Shown: positions 41,290 through 51,700, counted from the first letter of the stretch. The stretch: 64,000 bases of DNA from Candidatus Eiseniibacteriota bacterium (GCA_963717505.1 OY970342.1:1312001-1376000); one strand, 5' to 3'. Translations and numbers: made by a program. The notes: a model not told the origin generated them from the sequence alone.

Positions 41290-42686
41290 CGCGTTCCCAT
41301 CGAGTCGAGCCAGCCGCCGGTGAAACCGGCACGCTGTAGCCCGCGCACCAAGTGGGGATTGCGGCGCATGGTCCGCCACACAAGACCGCTCCGGTGGTTC
41401 TCGATCATGGCCAGGATCGGACCCTGGTCGATGCCGAGGTAGTCGGTGTCGAACCAACCCAGCGCCGGATCCACGGCGCCGTGCCGAAGTGGTACCGGCT
41501 CGCGCAGCGTCGGATTCAGCGCGTCGACGAAGCCGTACTGTCCGAACAGGCGGTCGCCGAAGTCCTCGCGCATCGCGACCAGCGTCGGGATCACGACCTC
41601 GGGCGCGAACGCGATCGAGCCGGCGGCGGCGGTCGGCGCCACCGTGCCGTCATCGGTCACTTCGGTGAACGACGCGCCGCGCGCGGCATACGTGCGAAAC
41701 GTGCGCGCTCGACCGTCGATCGTCACCGAATCGTCGAGCGGCCCGTCGCAGGCGGAGAGCCCCCACAGCCGCTCGCCGTAGCCGCGGAATCCCGAAGGGT
41801 TGGCGATCGCATAAGCTCGCTGCGCCAAAGCCGCGCGCCGCGAGTTCTCGAAATAGTCGATGCCCTTCGCGCGCATGTAGTCGTCCCGGATTCCGCGAAA
41901 GTCCACCCAGACGTGCGAGTACTGGTGACCGAACAGCGGGGCGAATCCCAGGTGCTCCCGGCCGTGGAAGCTGCCCCAACGATACCCGCCGGTCCACGCG
42001 GTCCACGCCTCCGGCGCCACCGGATGGGTCGGCGATCCGAGTGCCAGGAGGGGCAGGATCATGGCCTCGTTGTAGCCGCGCCAGTCGTAGGGCAGGTGCC
42101 CGCCGCCCGGCTTCCATCCGAGCGCGATGGTCGGCGGGCGGATCTGCGCCCAGCGCCAGTCGACACGAAAGTAGAGCGAATCGGCGAGTGCCCGAACGCT
42201 GTCCTCGACCGCGTTCTTCTGATCGAAGTAGGACTGACAGAACAACACGCCCGCGAGCAGCAAGGCCGTGTCGATGGTCGACAGCTCGACGTCCTCGAAG
42301 CGCCGACCGGTGGCCGGATCGAGGAAGTGATAGTAGAAGCCGCGGTAGCCGATGGCACCCACGACCGACGAATCCTGCCGCGCGTGCCACAGGAAGGACA
42401 GCGTGTTGAGCGTGCGGCGTGCCGCCGCTGCGCGCGCGACCCAGCCGCGTTCGGCGCCGATCGGATATGCGGTGAGGCCGAACCCGGTGGCGCCGATGCT
42501 CGCGAACGAACGCGTCGGCCAACGATCGGGCGTCAGCCCGGTGACCGGATGTCCGAGGTCCCAGAACCAAAGAAAGGTGCGCTCGGCGAGCGTATCGAGG
42601 AACGCGGCGGACTCGGTAGTCGCCGGTGGCGGAGATGGCGCGGGGGTGGCACTGCACGCGACCGCCAACAGTCCGGCCAGCACCAC
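41286..42686 (-). CDS. GH144 (glucoamylase-like; probable beta-1,2-glucanase) lipoprotein; start uncertain
   Basis: Lipobox LAVAC; SIGATGFGL, GFYYHFLD, ELSTIDTALL, GYNEAM, PLFGHQYSH, DYFENSRRA, WGLSACDGP, YLGIDQGP, IENHRSG. Confidence 0.88.
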   Translation of the reverse strand: MVLAGLLAVACSATPAPSPPPATTESAAFLDTLAERTFLWFWDLGHPVTGLTPDRWPTRSFASIGATGFGLTAYPIGAERGWVARAAAARRTLNTLSFLWHARQDSSVVGAIGYRGFYYHFLDPATGRRFEDVELSTIDTALLLAGVLFCQSYFDQKNAVEDSVRALADSLYFRVDWRWAQIRPPTIALGWKPGGGHLPYDWRGYNEAMILPLLALGSPTHPVAPEAWTAWTGGYRWGSFHGREHLGFAPLFGHQYSHVWVDFRGIRDDYMRAKGIDYFENSRRAALAQRAYAIANPSGFRGYGERLWGLSACDGPLDDSVTIDGRARTFRTYAARGASFTEVTDDGTVAPTAAAGSIAFAPEVVIPTLVAMREDFGDRLFGQYGFVDALNPTLREPVPLRHGAVDPALGWFDTDYLGIDQGPILAMIENHRSGLVWRTMRRNPHLVRGLQRAGFTGGWLDSMGTR

Positions 42687-42742
42687 CGAACGCGCTCCAC
42701 GAACTCGATGCGAGCGCCAGCCGATCGAGAGTCGGGAGTGAA

Positions 42743-43783
42743 TCAGCGCAGGCGTCCCCGCACGGCCCCCATTCGGCGGTGCTCCGCGGACGCGGCGCCA
42801 CAGGATCCGCGGATCACCAGTGTGGCGGGCAGAACCTCGCGAGCAATGGCGCGTGGAGCCGCGACGTCGGCGGTCACGATCAGCTCCGCCGCACGGAGCC
42901 CCAAGTGATACGCGTCGACGTGCATGGTGGTCAGCGGCGGGTTCAGGTAGCGCGCCATCGCGATGTCGTCGAACCCGACCACCGCCATGTCCTGAGGAAC
43001 CCGGATCCCCGCGTCGCTCAGCCCGCCGAGCACCCCGATCGCCATGTAGTCGTTGGCGGCGAACACCGCGCTGGGCGTCGGCGACAAATCGATCAGGCGC
43101 GCCGCGGCGTCGTAACCCGAGGGCTCGCTGAAGTCGCCGGGAATCTCGAGGTCGGCGGAGCTGTCGGCGCCCGCGTCGCGAAGTGCTGAACGATAGCCCT
43201 CACGACGTTGCTCGGCGTCGGTGTTGCGCGCCGGCCCGGTGATCATCGCGATGCGGCGGTGCCCGAGTTGCAGGAGATGGCGAACCATGACCTCGGCTCC
43301 TTCCCGGTTCGCGATGCTCACCGAATGCACCCCGCCAGCGTCCGAGCCCGGATCGATCAGCACCAGGGGAAAGTCGATGCCGGCGGCGCGAATCGCGGCC
43401 GGGCCGTCGGCATCGGGCACCATCACGATCAGTCCGTCGATCCGCCCGCGCATGACCCGGAGTGCCGCCACGATCTCTTCGGTGTGGGCGTGCGAGCTGG
43501 ACACCAGCAAATGGAATCCGGCGCGTCCAGCGGCCTGGTCGATGCCGTGGATGATCTCCGAGAAGAACTCGCCGAACAGGTCGGGCAGCAGGACGCCGAT
43601 CGCATGGGTGCGATTGGTGATCAGACTGCGGGCGGCGCCATTGGGCCAGTAGTTGAGCCGTGCCGCGACCTTGCGAACCCGGGTGCGTGTGACTTCGCTG
43701 ACCAGGGTGCTGTCGTTGAACACGCGCGAGACCGTGGCGACCGAGACCCGCGCGTGGCGGGCGACGTCCTTGATATTGGCCAT
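42743..43783 (-). CDS. LacI-family transcriptional regulator
   Basis: MANIKDVARHARVSVATVSRV HTH, YWPNGAARSL hinge, FAANDYMAIG, VPQDMAVVGFDD, PPLTT. Confidence 0.95.
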   Translation of the reverse strand: MANIKDVARHARVSVATVSRVFNDSTLVSEVTRTRVRKVAARLNYWPNGAARSLITNRTHAIGVLLPDLFGEFFSEIIHGIDQAAGRAGFHLLVSSSHAHTEEIVAALRVMRGRIDGLIVMVPDADGPAAIRAAGIDFPLVLIDPGSDAGGVHSVSIANREGAEVMVRHLLQLGHRRIAMITGPARNTDAEQRREGYRSALRDAGADSSADLEIPGDFSEPSGYDAAARLIDLSPTPSAVFAANDYMAIGVLGGLSDAGIRVPQDMAVVGFDDIAMARYLNPPLTTMHVDAYHLGLRAAELIVTADVAAPRAIAREVLPATLVIRGSCGAASAEHRRMGAVRGRLR

Positions 43784-43823
43784 GGGGTAGGGGCTCCGGA
43801 ACCGCGGAATCGGGCTGCGACCC

Positions 43824-43857
43824 TGAAAACGATTCCAAACCCCGGCCGGCCCGTCAA
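43824..43857 (-). promoter_or_regulatory. Promoter -35 plus LacI-family operator (site 1, autoregulatory position)
   Basis: TTGACG (43857-43852), 14 nt, then TGGAATCGTTTTCA (43837-43824), 40 nt before the lacI ATG. Confidence 0.78.
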
Positions 43858-43889
43858 GGGGTGCTGTTCGGCGCTTCGGGGCGCCGGCC

Positions 43890-46511
43890 TCAGCGGACGA
43901 CGCTGACTCGCTTCGACGAGACCTTGCCGCCCTGCTCGAGCCGGACGACGTAGATGCCCGCCGGCAGGAGGTCGCCGGCGCCCAGGTCGAGCACGTGCCG
44001 TCCGCGGCCGAGCGAGCCGACGTCGCGGAACCGCACGCGCCGGCCGGTGATGTCGACCAGCGACAAGGTCGCGCTGCCTTCCACCGGCAGCGTGAACGAC
44101 ACCCAGACGTCGCGCTCGGTCGGGTTCGGGCGCACCGCGTCGATGCGCAGGGAGAAGCGGCTCGGCACCACGACCGAGACCTCGCCCATGAACCGCTCGG
44201 TCGCACCATCGCGCACACCCAGGCGATAGGCGTAGCGCTTGCCCGGGCTCACGTCGTCGTCCCGATAGACGAGCTGGCTGGCGCCGTCGCGCGTCACCGC
44301 GCCCTTGAGGTACCACTCGCCGTCCTCGAGGCGATAGACATAGGCCTCGGTGACTTCGGGCGACGCGGAATACCAGGTGACTGTGACGTGGTCCGGGAAG
44401 GCGTCGGCGGAAGCCAGCGACACCAGCACCGGCGTCACCGACGTCGGCAGCACCGAAACGTACGTGTCGGCGTTGCCGTTGCGGTTGTCGGCCCAGGCCG
44501 CGTACACGGCTTCGTTGGCGTACAGCCCGATGTAGTCGCCCTGGTTCGGCTGGATGTTGGTGAACCCATCGGTCCAGTGCGACAGCTGTTCGGTCACCCG
44601 CCCGGTCTGGAACCAGCTCTGGCCGCCGTCGGTCGAACGCGCCAGGTAGCAATGTGACTCGCCGCCACATGCGGTCGCGGTCGCCTCGTACCAGCCATAC
44701 CAGAACACGTAGGCGCTACCGTCGCTGGCCACCACGATCTCGGGCAGCCAGTTGTCGAAGTACGGCGGATCGTTGTTGACCCGCACCGGCGTGCCGAAGC
44801 CGATGCCATTCATCGCCGAGACCACGAAGACGTCACGCTGGTCGCGCCCGGGTTCGGGGCCCACCGTGTTGGCGCCGGTGAGGATGTTGTAGGGCCCTGG
44901 CGTCGACCCGGTGATGTTCACGAAGAACATGCGCAGGTAGTAGGTGCCGGTGGCCGGACAGGTCCAGGTGATGAAGCCGTTCTGGCCGTTGGCCGGCTCG
45001 AGCAGGTCGCCGGCGAGGTTCAACCGCGTGTATTCGTCGGCGCAGATGATCCGCATGCTGTAGAGCGACACCGGGATGTCGTTGCACCAGAAGGTGTAGG
45101 TGGTGCCCTGGGTCGCCGAGAAGCCGTAGAAGTCCGCGTCGAGGTTGCCGCCGCTGAACGCGCCGCGCAGAGAGTCGCCGATCGCGAACGGGTTCGAGGT
45201 GGACGGGTCGTTGTTCGGCTCGAGCTCATCGACCGGGCCGTTGGTGCCGATCGGGCCCAGATCCTTGTACCAGTTGATGCACTCGTTCCAGGCGATGTAG
45301 ACGCGGCCGCGGTTGGGGCCGTGCGATCGGTCGACCGCGATCGAGGGGAACGTGATGCCGCGCTCGCGGTTGAAGCCGGGGGCACCGGTGCCGAAATTGT
45401 CGAAGACCGTGGCGGCGTCGGCGATCCCGCCGAACGAAGCGCCCTGGTTCACCGACTTGCGGATGCGCATGAAGTCGGCGTCGATCGGACCGATCTCCTT
45501 CCAGGTCACATAGACTTCGGCGTTCGGGCCGACCGCAGGACGCGAGCCCTGCACCAGGCCGTTGCCCGTCGGAGCGTTCACCACGCTCGGCGCGCTCCAC
45601 GAGTTCCACGCGCCGTTGGTCCGGCGGAACTGGATCTCGTTCACCGCGCCGAAGAAGCGGGTGTTGGTCAGGTACAACCGGCCGCTCGCGGAATCCGCGA
45701 CCGCCCACGGCTTGTCGTAGAACACCGAGCTGCTGGCGCCGGAAGCAATGATGTGCGGCGTGTTCCAGGAGAAGGTGGTTCCCGAGAACGTGCCGCGAAT
45801 GATCCCGATCCCGTTCTGGGCGAGGTTCTCGGTATTGATCAGCGCCAGGTAGTAGAACTCGCCGGTCTTCTCGTTGACCGTGACGATCGGATCGCTGGTC
45901 CAGACCCATCCGGAGGCCGGCGCCGGCAGGTCGCCGCCGTCGACGAAGGTCTGGCCGAAATCGGTGGAGTAGCCGAAGCCCTGGATGTCGGCACTGATGC
46001 CTTCTTCGAAGCCCTGGCCGTCGTTCCACGCGAGCAGGATGTACGGGCCCCAGGCTGCGATCATCTGCTCGGCCTGGCCGGCGCCGGTCTCCTGATTGCC
46101 GGTGGTGTCGTTGACCAGGATGTTGGGTGCGAGCGCGTTGGCCGCCTGACCCTCGAAGCTCCGAGCCATCTGCTCGCGATGCTCGGGGGTGAACGGCAGG
46201 ATTCCATCGAGCGGGTAGGCTCGACGCTGGCGTTGGCCGGTTGCCGGAGCGGCGGCCTTGCCACCGGACTTCTTCTGAGCCTTCGCTTCCGCGCGTGCCT
46301 TCGCTGCCTTGGCCAACCGGACCCGGGCCTTCTCGAGCATCAAGCGCTGCTGCGCGGCCTTGATTCGCGGCAGGAATTGGTCGCGCCGCGCCTGCAAGGC
46401 GGCCGGATCCTGGCCGTCCGCGGCCCATGCGCCGCCCATCACCGGCAGCATCATCAGGCCGGCGAGAGCCACCAACACGAGGTGCTTCAGCGAACGATTG
46501 ACGAGGGCCAT
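43890..46511 (-). CDS. BNR/Asp-box (sialidase-like propeller) protein with an inserted PPC-like domain and a C-terminal FlgD/T9SS-like domain
   Basis: GGAGG RBS before ATG 46511; signal peptide; STDFGQTF, SVNQGASF, STDGGQSW, DKPW, QGDYIGL; ELEPNND...GTYYLR; C-terminus VRPNP...LVDITGRRV...AGIYVVRL. Confidence 0.8.
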   Translation of the reverse strand: MALVNRSLKHLVLVALAGLMMLPVMGGAWAADGQDPAALQARRDQFLPRIKAAQQRLMLEKARVRLAKAAKARAEAKAQKKSGGKAAAPATGQRQRRAYPLDGILPFTPEHREQMARSFEGQAANALAPNILVNDTTGNQETGAGQAEQMIAAWGPYILLAWNDGQGFEEGISADIQGFGYSTDFGQTFVDGGDLPAPASGWVWTSDPIVTVNEKTGEFYYLALINTENLAQNGIGIIRGTFSGTTFSWNTPHIIASGASSSVFYDKPWAVADSASGRLYLTNTRFFGAVNEIQFRRTNGAWNSWSAPSVVNAPTGNGLVQGSRPAVGPNAEVYVTWKEIGPIDADFMRIRKSVNQGASFGGIADAATVFDNFGTGAPGFNRERGITFPSIAVDRSHGPNRGRVYIAWNECINWYKDLGPIGTNGPVDELEPNNDPSTSNPFAIGDSLRGAFSGGNLDADFYGFSATQGTTYTFWCNDIPVSLYSMRIICADEYTRLNLAGDLLEPANGQNGFITWTCPATGTYYLRMFFVNITGSTPGPYNILTGANTVGPEPGRDQRDVFVVSAMNGIGFGTPVRVNNDPPYFDNWLPEIVVASDGSAYVFWYGWYEATATACGGESHCYLARSTDGGQSWFQTGRVTEQLSHWTDGFTNIQPNQGDYIGLYANEAVYAAWADNRNGNADTYVSVLPTSVTPVLVSLASADAFPDHVTVTWYSASPEVTEAYVYRLEDGEWYLKGAVTRDGASQLVYRDDDVSPGKRYAYRLGVRDGATERFMGEVSVVVPSRFSLRIDAVRPNPTERDVWVSFTLPVEGSATLSLVDITGRRVRFRDVGSLGRGRHVLDLGAGDLLPAGIYVVRLEQGGKVSSKRVSVVR

Positions 46512-46554
46512 GGGGCCTCCCCAGAGGTGCGGCGGCCCAAGAGGTGACGGGCGC

Positions 46555-47376
46555 CTAAGAGGGCGCATGAGATGTTCTGGCAAGGGTAGTGCCGAACTCC
46601 ACCAAGAAATGTGAGGCCAATCCCGGCCAGATCGAGCCCCCGGACAGCTCTCGCATGAGCCCCCACCAGAGGCCCAGCGGCAGGACCGCCCCGGAAATGT
46701 AGACCATCCAGTCGGCCATCCCCAACCCCTCCCCGGGCCAGAATCGGAACGCCCGAACGGCGGTGAAGGCCGCCGCGGACACGATCACCCGCGACCAGCG
46801 CCGCATCCTGCCGTCCAGCGAGCTCATCAGGTAGCCGCGAAACAGCAGCTCCTCGGGCACGGCCGAGCCCAGAAGCGCGAACAGGGTCGCGAACACCAGG
46901 CTGTCGGCGTTCACCACCACCTGTCCGGTGAACAGCGAGCGATAGGCTTCGAACGCCACCACGGCGACGGCACCGATGCCCATGATCAAGGCCAGTGGCA
47001 GACGTCCAGCGTTGCCGCCGCGCACGCCGAAGTCCGAGACCGGCCGGCCCTCGGCGAGCAGCATGACCACCACCAGCAGCCCGAGGGCGACGAAGATCAC
47101 GTCGCCGAGCGCCAGGAGCCACGCACTCACGTTCTGGCCGAGCACCGCCGGCCCCAGGACATGCATGAACGCGGCGCTGCTGATCCCGTAGACGATCGCG
47201 AGCAGGGCGGCGCGCGCCGGGCTGGGCCGCGATCCCGGTTCGGGTGGCGTTCGCCTTCCGGTGACCACCACGGCCAGTCCCACCGCGAGCAGCGCGAATC
47301 CGGCGACCAGATAGCCGATTCGCGGTTCGAGAGACGTCGGGGTCGTCACGGCGACGGCGGCAAGCGTGTCCGTCAC
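46555..47376 (-). CDS. CPBP (CAAX/Abi) intramembrane glutamic endopeptidase
   Basis: Multiple TM segments; PEELLFRGYL, SAAAFTA, GSIWPGLASH. Confidence 0.8.
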   Translation of the reverse strand: MTDTLAAVAVTTPTSLEPRIGYLVAGFALLAVGLAVVVTGRRTPPEPGSRPSPARAALLAIVYGISSAAFMHVLGPAVLGQNVSAWLLALGDVIFVALGLLVVVMLLAEGRPVSDFGVRGGNAGRLPLALIMGIGAVAVVAFEAYRSLFTGQVVVNADSLVFATLFALLGSAVPEELLFRGYLMSSLDGRMRRWSRVIVSAAAFTAVRAFRFWPGEGLGMADWMVYISGAVLPLGLWWGLMRELSGGSIWPGLASHFLVEFGTTLARTSHAPS

Positions 47377-47391
47377 CCCACCTCCACAGGC

Positions 47392-47859
47392 CTACGAACT
47401 CTTCCAGCGAAATACCATCAACGCGAGCATGGCAACGTAGAGCAGACTCTGGACTAAGTTGCCGAAACGCCAGCGAGCCAGCGCCGAGGTCCAGCCGTCA
47501 CTGCTGCCGCCGGTGGCCGCGGTGCGCGCGATCGACGCCAGGGCCCGCGCGTTCGGAACACTGACCAGATACATCGACGCCAGGGCCGCAAGCCACACCA
47601 CGGTCACTACCCACATCCATGGGTCGCGCGCCATGCTCCAGCCCATCGGCACCGCGTAACCGTGGCCCAGGATTCCGGTGAGGAACAGAGCGCCGCCACC
47701 CGAAACGCGGCTCGACAGGTAGATGACCTGGAACAGGGTCGAGCGCTGGGACCAGTCTTCGGTCGCGCGGGCGGCACGGCCGTTCCACTCGGCAATGATC
47801 AGCGTGCCGACGTAGCTGAACGCGAAGAAGAGATGAAGGAACTCGAGGACGCGGGCCAC
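47392..47859 (-). CDS. Four-TM membrane protein (DUF2269-like)
   Basis: FLHL in TM1, four hydrophobic segments, C-terminal LMVFR; GGAG RBS before GTG. Confidence 0.6.
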   Translation of the reverse strand: MARVLEFLHLFFAFSYVGTLIIAEWNGRAARATEDWSQRSTLFQVIYLSSRVSGGGALFLTGILGHGYAVPMGWSMARDPWMWVVTVVWLAALASMYLVSVPNARALASIARTAATGGSSDGWTSALARWRFGNLVQSLLYVAMLALMVFRWKSS

Positions 47860-47959
47860 TCAGATCTCCCCGAAACCGAAGGTCCTGCGATGCCGAGCGC
47901 CGGAGTGTAGCGGTGGGCGTCCGGTGGGGCCAGCAGGAGCGTCTGAAGCAGAACCGGTT

Positions 47960-48766
47960 TCACGGCGAGGCGCCCTGCGGGCACTCGGCGGCTTGCCGCT
48001 GGGCTTCCGCCGCCAGCGCACGCGCGCGGTCGAGGTGCGGACTCGCGGCGCAAGCGCCGGGGCCGGCCTGCTCGTTGCCGGCCCAGGCGAGCGCGACCTC
48101 GAGCTCGGCGATCGCTGCCGCGGCGCAGCTCAACCCGGGGTGGCGCTTGAGTTCCTCGAGCTGGGTGTGGAGCGAATCGGCGACCCGCGCCGAGCCGCGC
48201 GGCGGAACCGTCGGCGGCATGGTCTCCGGCGTGTGCGGTGCTTCACCCGCTTCGATCTCGCGCACCAGTCCCGCCGCGCGTTCGAACGCCGCCTGCGGGA
48301 ATCCGGTCGGGTCGTGGTCGTCGTATTCCTGTCGCGCCGCGGTGATCCACGACTTGGCGGCGGTTGCGCGCCAGGGATCCGACTCGGCGTTCGGCAGGGT
48401 GTCGAGGTGGGCTTCGAGCGCGTCCATCAGTGCATGGTCGTGGGCGATGATCTCGTCGGTGACTTGTTCGCCGAGCGGCGAGATTCCCGCGCCGCCATGG
48501 CTCGGATCCAGTCCCGCGAGGGCGCCCGGCGCCACGGTTGCGACCGACGCTCCGGCGAGAACCTTGGGCGCGGGCTTGACCACCGGTGTCTTTTCTTTCT
48601 TCGTTTGAGGCATGGTCGTAGAAATCGAGTCCTCGGGCCCAGCGCCACGCGGCTTCGGGGGATGAGCGGGCCCGTGGTGCGCGAGTGCTGCGCCCATGGC
48701 CCACAGGGTCGAGGTCACGATCGCGCCGGCCGCCAGCGCCCGTAGTCGTGCGCGCATCCCGATCAT
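47960..48766 (-). CDS. Secreted helical hypothetical protein translationally coupled to the DUF11 giant protein
   Basis: ATG 48766 overlaps the upstream TGA; signal peptide; AKSWITAARQEYDDHDPTGFP, CAAAAIAELEVALAWAGNE; three Cys. Confidence 0.7.
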   Translation of the reverse strand: MIGMRARLRALAAGAIVTSTLWAMGAALAHHGPAHPPKPRGAGPEDSISTTMPQTKKEKTPVVKPAPKVLAGASVATVAPGALAGLDPSHGGAGISPLGEQVTDEIIAHDHALMDALEAHLDTLPNAESDPWRATAAKSWITAARQEYDDHDPTGFPQAAFERAAGLVREIEAGEAPHTPETMPPTVPPRGSARVADSLHTQLEELKRHPGLSCAAAAIAELEVALAWAGNEQAGPGACAASPHLDRARALAAEAQRQAAECPQGASP

Positions 48767-51700
48767 GGCGTGCTCCCGGAGCCGCTCGGAGCGCCGATCC
48801 CGAACAACGACTGATCGAACTTGAAGCCCAGGTCCACGAAGAAACCATGGTCGGTGCTGCCGAGGGCGTCCAGGTCGTCGGCGTGGAACCCGAATACGTT
48901 GTAGCCCGCCGCCACGCGCAGGTTGCGCGCGGCGAGCCAGCCCAGCTCGCCGCCGATGCCGTATTCGCCGCCGCCCGAGAACATGCCGCGGCCGGTGAGG
49001 CCGGCATCGAGGCGCCGGTTCAGGTCCACCAGCATTCGTCCCGCGACCAGTTGCGACACGGTATAGCTCGACGCGACCTCGACGACGTCGCGCTGCCACT
49101 TGCCGGCGAACTGGCCGGTGAACGTCCAGCGCGGCACCGGCTTGTAGTCGGCGTGCGCCGACACGATGTGCGCGATGCGCCGGAACGGATCGACGCCGCC
49201 GGCCTTCTGGTGTCGGGTCTCGTAGCGGGCGAGCCCGTTCCACTGGTTGCGATCGGTTTCGCGGAACGCCAGCCCGATATTCGCCCGGCCGTCGACGCGC
49301 ACTTCGTCGGGGACCGCGAGCCAGACCACGCGTCCGAGGGCTGCCCAGTCGCGAGTCAGCTTGCGGGTCGCCGCCGCCGTGGTCAGCCACTGCTCGGTGC
49401 CGAGCTGAGTGCGGTACTCGAGGCGTCCCGCGCCCTTCCAGCGCGGGTCGCGCACGTATTCGAGCCCGCCGGTAACCGCGGTCGCGAGTCCGACGCCGCC
49501 GTAGAGCACGGCCACCCGTTCGTAGCTGGCGTCGACGTGGAACCCTTCGCTGGGCGTCCAGCGATTGCGCAAGCCCATGGCCGCCTGGGCTTCGCGTCCG
49601 GCGAATGCGTCGCGCAGGCGATACTCGGTGAACACCTGGCCGTCGCGCAGCTCCTGGCTCGCGAGCCCGAACACCGTGGTCCGCTGGCGCTGGTCGGGAT
49701 TGAGCGCGAACGGCCCGGCGAGCGACGAAATGTCTTCGTACTTCACGTAGCCGCGGGTCTTCTCGGTCAGGTGCACGTCGCCGCCGAACGAAGTCCGGTG
49801 CTGCGATCCGGTGTGGATGTCCTCTTCGTGCTCGGCGAACACGCTGCTGCGCCAGTACCGCGGCAGCTCGTAGCTCAAGCGGCCGCGCAGGGTGCGCACC
49901 TTGAGCGGTGCCGCGTCGGCGGTCGCGGGCGAAGCCGGGTTCTGAGTCTCGATCGCCGAGCGATAGCCGACCAGAGCTCCGAGGCCGAAGTCGGTTTCGT
50001 ACTCGGCGCCCATGTCGTAGCCGCGGCGGTAGCCGCCGGTGACCACGTCGCGGGTGTCGAGCGCCTGGAAGAACGCCGAGGTCGCGGTGTCGACACCGGC
50101 GCGTGCCGTCAAACCCAGTTCGCGACGTCCGGGAACCACGGCCGACGATGGGTTGTCGAAGCCCGGCTCGGTGTAGAGGGCGTGCGCTTCGGCTTGGATC
50201 AGCTTCTGCGTGTAGCGGGCTTCGATGCGGCCGGAGTCGCCGAACTTGGCGCCGTCGCCGAAGGTGCCGCCGCTGTCGCTGCGCGCCGCCTCGGCGGTGA
50301 CCGTCAGCCGCTCGCCCAGCGTGTAGCCGACGTCGCCGCTGACCAGCGCGCGCGGCGACAGCGGATCCTCGTCGCGCGAGGCCGAGCCGCCGATCGAGAA
50401 CGCCCCGGGCCGGAGGCGACCCTCGGCGCCGTACACCCAGAAGCGCTCGCCCTCATCGCTGCGCTCGTAGGTAACGCGGATCGAAACCGGGTTCAGGTCG
50501 GCATCGACGCTCGGGATCGGAGCACGGAACAGAATCCGACCGGTGAACGGCTCGATCGTGTAGTCGAGGAAGCGGAGCTTCAGGTCGGACCTGAGCAGCC
50601 GCGCCGGCTGGTTGCGGTCGCGCACCAGGATCTCGATCCGCTCGCCGCCGATCGTCGGATCGGGATGAGAGAGCGAATAGGGCCCCGACGTGCCCATCGC
50701 GCGGATCTCGTCGACCACTTGCCGCTGGATTCCCTCGGAAGCGAAGCCGGCGGCCTGAGTGGCGATGCCAGCCACCGGGGCGCCATGCCACGTGGCCACG
50801 CCGCCGGTCAGCCGCCGCGAGAACGAACCCAACTCGCGCGCTTCCGACGCCGGCGTCTCGAAGTCGCCAAACAGGAAGGCCGCCGTGCCGCGCTCGACCC
50901 GCGCGTACAAGCGGGAAGCGGTCTGCGCCTCGAAGCCGTGCACCGAGGCGTCGCCGAGGATCTCGTAGTTCTCGTGCGGCCGGATGTCGCGGAACAATCG
51001 GCGTTCGGGTTTTCGTTCGGTGTCGTAGCCCAGGGAGACGCGAATGCTGTCGGCGACCGTGCCGGTCGCGAACACCGCGGCGCGAACGCCGGCGCTGGTC
51101 GCGCCGTCGTCGCTTTCGACCGTGAGATCGCGCAGCTCCTCTTCGAAGCGATCGTGACGCGCGCCATTGAGCTCGCTTTCGGTCAGCGAGTGCACATCGA
51201 GTCGGGCCTGGACCAGTCCCATCGCCAGCAGCGAGGGCTCGCCGGCGCGCGGTCCGTCGGCGCGCGGACTGCCGCCCGCGCTCTCCGCCGCGGTCGCGGG
51301 CTCGGCGTTGGCCGGCGCGTTCCCGGGACCGAGCGGCCCCGCGACTTCGCCGCCCCGATGTCGCCGGCGCACGGCGTTCGCGACTGCGGTGTCCGCCGAA
51401 CCCTCGACGAAGTCGGCGCGGTGCAGTTCGCCGCGCTTCAAGTCGACGAAGCGACTCGCTCCGTCGTCGCCGTGCCGATTCGCGGCCGGAACCATGCGCG
51501 CGCCGGCCGGCAGCGTCGACTCGTCGACGCGCACCACGTGGAGCTGGGGACGCACGTGATTGAAGTGGTATTTGCCTTCGACGTCGGTGATCGCCGAGGA
51601 GCCGTCTTCCAGGTACAGGCGCACTCCCGGAATTCCGAGGTCCTCGCCGTTCTGCGCGCGGTCGCCGTTGCAGTCGCGGTCGAGGAACACGCGACCTGCG

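Noticed and set aside
39496-41457. Apparent SBP-permease (653 aa) and permease-permease (38241-39845) fusions in the ORF track
   Set aside because: Produced by frameshifts near 40190, 39850 and 39650; normal coupled starts exist at 41289, 39951 and 39062
46555-47376. CPBP/Abi protein as a phage-defence or bacteriocin-immunity gene
   Set aside because: No neighbouring defence or bacteriocin genes; the family is widespread with general membrane-protease roles
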